From Pseudomonadota bacterium (GTDB lineage: Bacteria > Bdellovibrionota_G > JALEGL01 > DATDPG01), in NCBI GenBank assembly GCA_043804515.1, contig JAZDIZ010000148.1:1-27661 (forward strand): a stretch of DNA of 27,661 nucleotides. Reading direction: 5' to 3'. The notes under the pieces are model-generated. The model did no database searches, was not told the DNA's origin, and was given only the letters and a program-made list of their open reading frames with translations. Position numbers and translations under genes: made by a program. Below, piece by piece: positions 1 through 6,910 of the stretch (positions within the stretch are counted from its first letter, which is position 1; each line of letters begins with the position of its first letter).

Positions 1-34
1 ACGGACTTAACCGGGCAGAACGATGAAGGTTCAT
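1..34 (-). CDS. 5' end of a gene running off the left edge of the window (MNLHRSARLSP...)
   Basis: Minus-strand ATG at 34..32 with AAGGAG Shine-Dalgarno at 46..41; frame open to the window edge. Only 11 codons are visible. Confidence 0.5.
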   Translation of the reverse strand, partial: MNLHRSARLSP

Positions 35-108
35 CTGGGTCTCCTTTTTGGGCGTTTATGTTTTCGCGAACGTGATAATTGCCCTAACAGGGACCCCAGG
101 TGAACCTT
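26..108 (-). promoter_or_regulatory. Long imperfect hairpin that would occlude the RBS and start codon of the edge gene
   Basis: On the minus strand AAGGTTCACCTGGG (108..95) is complementary to CCCAGATGAACCTT (39..26) at 13/14. Pairing continues imperfectly through the AAGGAG region and a GGGC/GCCC inner stem. Confidence 0.45.
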
Positions 109-179
109 TTGATTTACTGAATAACGTCCTGACTCTTCACACTTAATCCTCAATCCTCGCGTGGCGTAGCCGCGCCGGC

Positions 180-1331
180 CTATCGCCCGGCGCCATGGAC
201 GTATTCGGCAAATGGAAACCCGTTCAGGAATTGCGTGTACGTGGCGCCGAGTTTCCGTTGCACGAAGAGCGGCGTGAGCTCGGCGATCCCGTCCGCCGTG
301 TCGACGCCGGGCTTCTTGAGCGTGAGGACGTCCCCTCGAAGGCCCACGATCCGTTCCCAGGCGCTTCGCCTGGTGGCGCTGAAACAGGAACCATCGTAGA
401 GCGCCCCTCCCAAGTCGCGCCCGATCAGGCGCACGAGGTCGTCGTTCCTAAGGGCCGCCGCCTCACGCCCGCCTAAGAAGACCTGATCCCAATCTCCGTG
501 GGCGTTCAAGATGACGGTCCGGCCGCGTTTAAGTTCCTTGCCGATCATCCGCCCCGCTTCTTCGGGGTTCACTTCGTGCAGATCCACGAATTTGAACTTG
601 AACCGGAATCGGAACTCGCGGGCTTGAAATGCGAGGGCCTTCCGCGTCAGGGCGTTGGCTCCGTTCGGATCGAATTTGAGTTGGGAAAAGATGATCACGC
701 GCGATTTGTAGAGTTTGCGGACCATCACGACCGATCCGGCGCCGACGGCGACTCCCGCCACGAGCATCCCCACTTCCAGGTTCGAGAGCCGTTGCTGGGT
801 GATGAGGTCCCGTCGCGCCGCCGCGCAGGCGAGGTCGTAGCACTCCCCGACGACCGGGACGAAGCCGATCGAGATGCTGGCCAGCGAAAGCCAAAGGGCC
901 GGCGCCGCGGCCTCCGGTGAAAGCTTGGGAGGCAGATCCTTGCCTAAGAGTTCCGAGAGGGCCCGGCGAAGACCGACGCGCGTGTCGTCGTTCACGGCCC
1001 AGGCGGAACGGACACGATCGAACGGAAGGGAGAAAAAAAGTTCGGGCGGCTTGAAAAGGACCGAGCCCGCGCCCGATTGCGCCGGGCGAACGATGAGAAG
1101 CTTTACATCCGTGCGCTCGGTGAGTTTGGAAATGAGGTCCGACATCCCGCCCAGGACGTCGGCAACGGTCTTCATCCACCCCTCGGGCGGATGTCCCCCA
1201 CCGTTTCCGGCGGGCCAGCGAAGTTCAATCTCGGGCGCCTGCGCTTCCCCTCTAGCAACAGTCACGGCCCCTAACGCTGTCAGTACCAGGATCGCACAGA
1301 GTGCCCGAACGGCCCCTGCGTTCCCCCCCAA
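180..1331 (-). CDS. Secreted protein: signal peptide, pre-toxin-TG-like segment and C-terminal His-Gly/Cys (clan CD protease-like) domain
   Basis: 383-aa ORF, TTG start with GGGGAG RBS just upstream and hydrophobic N-terminus. Segment IGFVPVVGECYDL...RDLITQQRLS resembles PT-TG. VILNAHG...LYDGSC resembles a caspase/CHAT/C25-type dyad. Confidence 0.6.
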   Translation of the reverse strand: MGGNAGAVRALCAILVLTALGAVTVARGEAQAPEIELRWPAGNGGGHPPEGWMKTVADVLGGMSDLISKLTERTDVKLLIVRPAQSGAGSVLFKPPELFFSLPFDRVRSAWAVNDDTRVGLRRALSELLGKDLPPKLSPEAAAPALWLSLASISIGFVPVVGECYDLACAAARRDLITQQRLSNLEVGMLVAGVAVGAGSVVMVRKLYKSRVIIFSQLKFDPNGANALTRKALAFQAREFRFRFKFKFVDLHEVNPEEAGRMIGKELKRGRTVILNAHGDWDQVFLGGREAAALRNDDLVRLIGRDLGGALYDGSCFSATRRSAWERIVGLRGDVLTLKKPGVDTADGIAELTPLFVQRKLGATYTQFLNGFPFAEYVHGAGR

Positions 1332-1361
1332 GATCTCCCCCTACAGCTCCTTCCTATCGTC

Positions 1362-1379
1362 ATGACGCGCGCGTGTCAA
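1362..1379. promoter_or_regulatory. Candidate operator TGAC-N8-GTCA (copy 1)
   Basis: ATGACGCGCGCGTGTCAA lies ~30 nt upstream of the 383-aa gene and is 14/18 identical to 15824..15841. Confidence 0.3.
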
Positions 1380-1510
1380 TAACATTCACGGGCCCTTGTT
1401 TGTCGGGCCGCGAGGATGGCCCGCGTGCGTTGAAAACGACGACACGTCGGCCGTAGATAGCTACGCTTTCTGCTTGCTGGCTTGGAGTATTCACGAGGAT
1501 CGAAGCGCTA

Positions 1511-1555
1511 GCCAGGCTGGCCCGTTGCCTTCGCTCCGGCACCGGCCCACCCCGC
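1511..1555 (-). repeat. Short hairpin repeat, matching both ends of the element at 22095..22236
   Basis: Reverse complement of 1528..1555 (GCGGGGTGGGCCGGTGCCGGAGCGAAGG) matches 22096..22123 at 27/28. CCGGAGCGAAGGCAACGGGCCAGCC matches 22208..22232 at 22/25. Confidence 0.75.
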
Positions 1556-1801
1556 TGGGAACTGGTGTCGAAATTCAAACCCCTGTCTTCGGTCAACAAT
1601 GACCAAGCAATGGACCTTGAACGCCTGGTCCGTCGAACCCCAGCATCAACATACGTTTGATATTTCACGGCTCGTCTTCGGCCCGATCGAATGGGCTTCG
1701 GTCCCGTTACCCCCCTATCGTCGTAGTGGAAGTGGCGGGAACAATTGGATTTTGCGTGGCAGGGGTGCCGGGCCGGGTTACTATTTACTTTCTTGCGGCA
1801 C

Positions 1802-3814
1802 GTGCGTTGGAAGATTCTGGCAGGGGCCACGTCCGGTCTTCTGCTCGCGCTCATATCGGGGCCGATTCGGGCCCAGCTCCTCGACTTCTCGCAGTGGATC
1901 AACCCCGGCCCTCTCGCGGCACCGCATCAGTCTCTCGAGGGCGTTAAGAACTGCACGAAGTGCCATGCCACCGCCAAAGGCGTGCCCGATTCGAAGTGCC
2001 TCGACTGCCATCAAGAGATCGCGCAGCTCCTCGCCAAAAAGAAGGGGTTCCATGCCCGGCAGACGAAAGACTGCGTCGCTTGCCACGGCGATCACAAAGG
2101 GCGCGCCTATGACCTGAACCCGCTGACTCGACTCCGATTCAACCACGACGAGACCGGATATCCGCTCACGGGCAAGCACGCCAAGGTGAAGTGCCTCGAC
2201 TGCCACAAGGACACCCGCATCAATGTGGAGACCAAGAAGCGCACGGCGCGGCCGACGTATCTCGGAACCTCGGCGGATTGCGTGGCCTGCCATGCGGACA
2301 TTCACAAGTCGCTGAAAGCCGAGTTCCGAGACTGCGACAAATGCCACACCACGGCGAATTGGAAGAGCCTCAAGGAGCGGATGGGCTTCAGCCACAACCG
2401 GGAAACGCGCTATGCGCTGACCGGCGCCCACGTGAAAGTGAAGTGCTACGCGTGCCACAAGGAAAAGACCTGGGCGCCCCAGCCGTTCGAAAGCTGCGAA
2501 ACCTGCCACAAGGACGTGCACGCCGGAAAGTATGGAGCCAACTGCACGCGCTGCCATAACACAGCCTCGTGGAAGGGGGCCTCCCCTACCGGCCAGATCA
2601 AGTTCGACCACGACAAAACCGCGTTCCTGCTCAAGGGCCAGCATCTCAACGTTTCCTGCGTCCGCTGCCACGGGCCCGTCCTCGGGAAGATGCAGAACTT
2701 CCAGCAGTGCTCGGGCTGCCATAACAACCCTCACGGCAACGAGTTCGAGGTCCTCTGGACCCGCAAGAAGGCCTGCAAAGACTGCCACATCGAGGACGAC
2801 TGGCGGATCCTCACGTTCCGACACAGCGCCGATTCCCGATACGTGTTGGCCGACAAACACATGGCCGTGCCGTGCATGCAGTGCCACGAGGACCGAAAGT
2901 ACCGGTGGCTCACGTCCTCCCCCGATTGCGACACGTGCCACATGGACCCGCACAAGGGGAAATTCAAAGAAGCGTGCGCTTCATGCCATTCGCAAAAAGG
3001 GTTCGATGAACTTTCCTTCGACCACAGCAAGGCCCGTTTCCCGCTGATCGGGAAACATCAGGGGGTCAAGTGCCAGGCCTGCCACGAAGGGGGAAAGTAT
3101 TGGGATTTCGACACGAACTGCGTCGGTTGCCATCCCGATTTTCACAACAAGGAGATCGGGAACGAGTGCCGCCGGTGCCACTCCCCGGCCGCGTACAACC
3201 TGATCGAGTTCGACCATAGCCGGGAATCCAGATTCAAGCTGGAAGGCGGGCACACGAAAGTCCCGTGCCTGGAGTGCCACAAGGATTACAAGTACAGAAC
3301 CGGCCTGAAGGATTGCTCCTCGTGCCACGTCGACGTCCACAAAGGGGCGTTCGGGACCTCCTGCGAGCGGTGCCATACCACCCAAGCCTTCGGCCTCAAG
3401 ACCGGGTTTCATGATTTCGGCGAGTTCTCCTTGGGCGGCGTTCACGACCGGCTCGACTGTCTTACGTGCCACGGCCCGAAATCGCCGGTTCGAAACTCTC
3501 CCGCGGGCTGCGCCTCCTGCCACAAAGATCCGCACATGAGCTCCTTCGGACGCGGTTGCGCGGAGTGCCACAACCAATTTGCGTGGTTGCCCTCCACGTT
3601 CCGCCACAACCAGACCGGCTTCCAGCTTTCCGGCGCACATCGTTTCGTGGCCTGTGAGCAGTGCCACGTGAACCGCATCTACGGCGGACTTCCACAGGAA
3701 TGCGGTTTTTGCCACATGAACGTTTTCAATCCGGCGACTCCTCCGCAACACGTGGGAGCCGCGCCGCAGTGTGAGACGTGTCACTTCACGTTCGGCTGGA
3801 GGCCGGCGCGATGA
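1802..3814 (+). CDS. 27-heme c-type cytochrome built from nine triheme modules, exported
   Basis: 27 CxxCH motifs counted. Eight repeats of roughly FxH-x8-11-GxH-x4-CxxCH...CxxCH-xDxH...CxxCH follow an N-terminal triheme unit. Signal peptide (V)RWKILAGATSGLLLALISGPIRA. Start uncertain: the ORF is open from TTG 1745, and GTG 1802 gives the cleanest signal peptide. Confidence 0.95.
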   Translation: MRWKILAGATSGLLLALISGPIRAQLLDFSQWINPGPLAAPHQSLEGVKNCTKCHATAKGVPDSKCLDCHQEIAQLLAKKKGFHARQTKDCVACHGDHKGRAYDLNPLTRLRFNHDETGYPLTGKHAKVKCLDCHKDTRINVETKKRTARPTYLGTSADCVACHADIHKSLKAEFRDCDKCHTTANWKSLKERMGFSHNRETRYALTGAHVKVKCYACHKEKTWAPQPFESCETCHKDVHAGKYGANCTRCHNTASWKGASPTGQIKFDHDKTAFLLKGQHLNVSCVRCHGPVLGKMQNFQQCSGCHNNPHGNEFEVLWTRKKACKDCHIEDDWRILTFRHSADSRYVLADKHMAVPCMQCHEDRKYRWLTSSPDCDTCHMDPHKGKFKEACASCHSQKGFDELSFDHSKARFPLIGKHQGVKCQACHEGGKYWDFDTNCVGCHPDFHNKEIGNECRRCHSPAAYNLIEFDHSRESRFKLEGGHTKVPCLECHKDYKYRTGLKDCSSCHVDVHKGAFGTSCERCHTTQAFGLKTGFHDFGEFSLGGVHDRLDCLTCHGPKSPVRNSPAGCASCHKDPHMSSFGRGCAECHNQFAWLPSTFRHNQTGFQLSGAHRFVACEQCHVNRIYGGLPQECGFCHMNVFNPATPPQHVGAAPQCETCHFTFGWRPAR

Positions 3815-5325
3815 GGCACGCCGTGCACAACGACCCGCGAAGCGACGGCGGCGGCTCCGTGGCCTGCGCCGGCAATCTTAGGCTCTGTCCCCGGAGACCG
3901 CCGCCGTGTCTACCGGCAGTCGTTGCGTTCTCGTGCCTTATTGCTTTGGGGGGAAATGGGGCAGTTGCCGCACCCCAGGTGGATGGGTCGGCGGATTTCG
4001 GCGTGTGGTATCTGCACAACGATCTTAAAGACAATCCGCTAATTCAGATCGATGACGTCGCCAGGAACACGTACATCCATTCGCGCTACACGTTGTTCCA
4101 AACAGGCTTGAAGCTGGACGCGACGGACCTTTGGCAGCGGGAGGACGATCTTAAACTCAACTCTCATTTCCGCGGGCGGCTCCTTTGGAATCCCGACCGG
4201 CACGCCTACACGCTCGGCCCGGCCGACCGGGTTCGCGATCAGATCAGCGACTTGAACATTCAGCTGGAGAACCTGGCGGAGCAAACGGATCTTTGGCTGG
4301 GCCGACAGACGATCTGGGAAGCCGGCAATCCCATCGTGGACGGAGTGAGGGCCGTCTACAAGATTGAAGACGACCTGGATCTTGCGCTGTACGGAGGCTT
4401 GGGCGGGAGCCCGAACAACCTCACGGGGTATATCGGCCCCTTTTACCGGACGAACCCGTTCACGCTCGATTTTCAAACCGTCGGTGCGTACGCCACGTAC
4501 CACGGGACGGCGTGGAAGCTCACCGCAGCCTTCCGGACGGACCTCTTCAAGGGCTCGCTCGACCGCGGCACGTTCTTCACGCAAGGCTTTTATCCCCTTT
4601 CCACGAAGTGGTCGGTTGCGGGCCTTGTGGAATATGACGTAGCCGGAAAACCCGGGCTTAAGAACGGAGAGGTCTTCCTCACTTCCCGGCCCACGGCGAC
4701 GGTTACGAACACCTTCAGTCTCGCTCGTTGGTCGACCGTGGCCTACAAGGAGTCGAACGCCTCCGCGATCCCCGTGCTGGCCGAAGTGGATCCCGCCCCC
4801 GTCGGAGGAAACGAGGTCGATACGTCTTCCTACAACGTGGTGCGCAACCACATCATGTTGCGCCTGTTCCAACGCAATTATGTTTTCGGCGCGTTTGCGT
4901 TCACGAGGCGGACGTTCGACGACCGGAATCAACTCAAATACACGGCGGGGTATCGCAACCCGAACCTGTTCGGCTCGAACATCGATGCAAGATTTCAGCT
5001 GGACGTCATCGACAATTTCCGGGGCTTCAACACGGCCTTCGACACGCTCTTCGGCAGGGATTTTCTCGAGGGGCGCTGGCGCCTGGAGGGGGGAGGCTCG
5101 ATGTTCGCCGACGAGCGGGACGCCTACTTGAACTTCCAACGCGACCCAACCCAGCCCAGGGAGGCCGACAATGAATATGCGCTTCGCCTGAACGCCTATT
5201 TCAACCCCTCCCGCACGCTGACCTGGGTTCTCAACTACGCGTTTTATCGTGAAGTGGACGTGATCAACGCCCGCCAAAAAGTGCACACGCACGACGTTTA
5301 CCTGGGCACACACGTTAAATTCTGA
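3811..5325 (+). CDS. Putative outer-membrane beta-barrel (porin partner of the multiheme cytochrome)
   Basis: ATG 3811 overlaps the cytochrome stop (ATGA). Hydrophobic signal segment ends in GAVAA. Many alternating aromatic/polar strands. C-terminus DVYLGTHVKF ends in Phe, typical of Bam substrates. Confidence 0.8.
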   Translation: MRHAVHNDPRSDGGGSVACAGNLRLCPRRPPPCLPAVVAFSCLIALGGNGAVAAPQVDGSADFGVWYLHNDLKDNPLIQIDDVARNTYIHSRYTLFQTGLKLDATDLWQREDDLKLNSHFRGRLLWNPDRHAYTLGPADRVRDQISDLNIQLENLAEQTDLWLGRQTIWEAGNPIVDGVRAVYKIEDDLDLALYGGLGGSPNNLTGYIGPFYRTNPFTLDFQTVGAYATYHGTAWKLTAAFRTDLFKGSLDRGTFFTQGFYPLSTKWSVAGLVEYDVAGKPGLKNGEVFLTSRPTATVTNTFSLARWSTVAYKESNASAIPVLAEVDPAPVGGNEVDTSSYNVVRNHIMLRLFQRNYVFGAFAFTRRTFDDRNQLKYTAGYRNPNLFGSNIDARFQLDVIDNFRGFNTAFDTLFGRDFLEGRWRLEGGGSMFADERDAYLNFQRDPTQPREADNEYALRLNAYFNPSRTLTWVLNYAFYREVDVINARQKVHTHDVYLGTHVKF

Positions 5326-5374
5326 CAACTTAAGTTCCTCAATATTGTCTTAAATTTCAATGTGTTTTTTGTTG

Positions 5375-5404
5375 TTGACTACCGACCGAAAGTTTTGTTA
5401 CATT
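5375..5404 (+). promoter_or_regulatory. Sigma70-type promoter with extended -10
   Basis: TTGACT (5375-5380), 18-nt spacer, TGn-TACATT (5396-5404), with an AT-rich UP-like tract at ~5341-5370. Confidence 0.6.
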
Positions 5405-5410
5405 GGTTCT

Positions 5411-5530
5411 GCAACCCCAAGGGGGCGCCCGAAGGAGGCGGGGCTGAAGGAAGCGATTCCTTTGGTTTTTTCGGGTGCCTTTTTACTGGAACGGGTCCGG
5501 GTTCTCCCGGGCCCGTTCTTGCTTTTCTTG
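5411..5530 (+). ncRNA. Candidate small RNA or attenuating 5' leader (two hairpins)
   Basis: Hairpin 1 (5419..5484) has outer stem GGCGCCCGAA/TTCGGGTGCC and inner stem GAAGGAA-GCGA-TTCCTTT with a GNRA loop. Hairpin 2 is at 5489..5518 with a U-rich tail. Both follow the promoter directly. Confidence 0.45.
5488..5530 (+). terminator. Intrinsic terminator-like hairpin
   Basis: GAACGGGTCCGGG-TTCT-CCCGGGCCCGTTC (13-bp stem, one G-U) followed by TTGCTTTTCTT. Confidence 0.65.
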
Positions 5531-5566
5531 AATCTTAGTTCTCGATCTGCCTTAACTGCCCGCTTC

Positions 5567-6910
5567 ATGCCCTCCTTGGTAAATTGTTTTAAAGAGCCCC
5601 CCGCAAGCAGCTCTCCCATCACGGACCCCGTCAAGATCAGATCCCTTTACCGCCATTGGCAGAACCGGATGTTTTGGGGAACGTTCGTCGGATATGCGGT
5701 CTTCTATTTCTGCCGCAATAATTTGGGCTCCGCTCTTCCGGGGATGGGAGCCGAATTCGGTTACACGAACACGCAGTTGGGATTGTTAGCTAGCGTCATT
5801 TACTGGACGTACGCCATCGGCAAGTTTGGCCATGGCGTCATTGCGGACCGAGCAAACATCCGGACCTTCATGGCTACGGGGCTCATTCTCTCGGCCGTGA
5901 TGAATCTTCTTTTCCCGCATTTCTCAACCCTCTGGATTATGGTGCTTATCTGGGGCCTCAACGGATGGTTCCAATCGACCGGCTGGCCTCCGTGCGCCAA
6001 GATGCTCACGCACTGGTACGGCATGGAATCGCGGGGTCTGATCTGGTCTCTCTGGAGTTCCTCGCATCAGGTGGGGGGCGCCATTATCGTTTCTCTGTCG
6101 GCGTATCTGGCCCAGACGTACGGATGGCGCGCGGCGTTTACGGTGCCGGCTTGGATCGCCATTCTGGTCGGTTTGGGCATGCTGCTGACCCTTCGCGATC
6201 GCCCGGTGGAACTGGGGCTCCCCCCGATCGAACGCCGAGGCACGGCCGACGGCGACCTCGCAGAGGAATCCCGCGAACCGGTGTGGGCGACACTTCGTGC
6301 CCACGTGCTCGGGAATCCCTGGATCTGGCTTCTCGGATTTCAGAACTTCTGCGTGTATGTCGCGCGTTACGGGACACTCGTTTGGATGGTGAAGTTCCTC
6401 GTGGAGAAGAAACAGAGCGGCCTCGCGAGCGCCGGCGCCAAAACGGCCGTTATAGAACTGGCCGGGATCTTCGGCGGCATCGCCGCGGGCTGGCTTTCCG
6501 ACAAGCTGAAGGGGCACCGATCCCGCCTCAACGTTTTCTTTTTGGTGCTCTTGGGCCTGTCGATCCATGTCTTTTGGTTTATCCCCGGTGATGCCGTTGC
6601 ACTCCAGGTTGCGGCGCTGGGGGCCATCGGCTTCCTCGTCTACGGACCCCAGCTTCTTGTAGCCGGACCGTGCACCGCAGATCTCGTCCCGCGGAAAGCG
6701 GCGGCCACCGCCACCGGTTTCGTCGGAATGTTCGGATATATCGGATCGTCGCTGATCGCGGGTGTGTTCAGCGGAAGAGTCATCGACCTCTTCGGCTGGA
6801 AGTCGGCGTTTCTGCTTTGGACCCTCATGGCCTTCGCTGGGGCCGCGCTGGGCCTTGTGATGTGGAATCTGAGCCCCTCCAAGGGAAACCGGGGTTTACG
6901 GAAGGCTTAG
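5567..6910 (+). CDS. MFS organophosphate:Pi antiporter family transporter (GlpT/UhpC/PgtP-like)
   Basis: Motifs GYAVFYFCRNN, NGWFQSTGWPPC, WSSSHQVGG, RDRPVELGLPPIE and GFLVYGPQLL; about 12 TM segments. Start placed at ATG 5567 because the upstream in-frame extension crosses the promoter and hairpins. Confidence 0.9.
   Translation: MPSLVNCFKEPPASSSPITDPVKIRSLYRHWQNRMFWGTFVGYAVFYFCRNNLGSALPGMGAEFGYTNTQLGLLASVIYWTYAIGKFGHGVIADRANIRTFMATGLILSAVMNLLFPHFSTLWIMVLIWGLNGWFQSTGWPPCAKMLTHWYGMESRGLIWSLWSSSHQVGGAIIVSLSAYLAQTYGWRAAFTVPAWIAILVGLGMLLTLRDRPVELGLPPIERRGTADGDLAEESREPVWATLRAHVLGNPWIWLLGFQNFCVYVARYGTLVWMVKFLVEKKQSGLASAGAKTAVIELAGIFGGIAAGWLSDKLKGHRSRLNVFFLVLLGLSIHVFWFIPGDAVALQVAALGAIGFLVYGPQLLVAGPCTADLVPRKAAATATGFVGMFGYIGSSLIAGVFSGRVIDLFGWKSAFLLWTLMAFAGAALGLVMWNLSPSKGNRGLRKA

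Noticed and set aside
1591..1661. Short inverted repeats upstream of the cytochrome (GGTCA-N4-TGACC; ATCAA-N7-TTGAT) as an FNR site
   Set aside because: FNR is TTGAT-N4-ATCAA; order and spacing do not match, and 5-bp arms arise by chance.
1360..1902. 180-aa minus-strand ORF and other short ORFs between the 383-aa gene and the cytochrome
   Set aside because: It overlaps the cytochrome 5' end, runs through a palindromic repeat and has Arg/Ser-rich shadow-like composition with no recognisable motif.
1781..5328. Long antisense ORFs (390, 267, 429 aa) and similar ones opposite mrcA, dnaJ, the MFS genes and the radical SAM gene
   Set aside because: These are typical stop-poor antisense shadows of GC-rich coding sequence.
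5440..5460. GAAGGAAGC resembling SRP RNA domain IV
   Set aside because: It lacks the CAGG...GGAA...AGCAG internal-loop context; here it is one arm of a GCGA-capped stem.
5360..5566. 69-codon N-terminal extension of the GlpT-like ORF
   Set aside because: It spans the predicted promoter and terminator hairpins; family similarity begins after ATG 5567.
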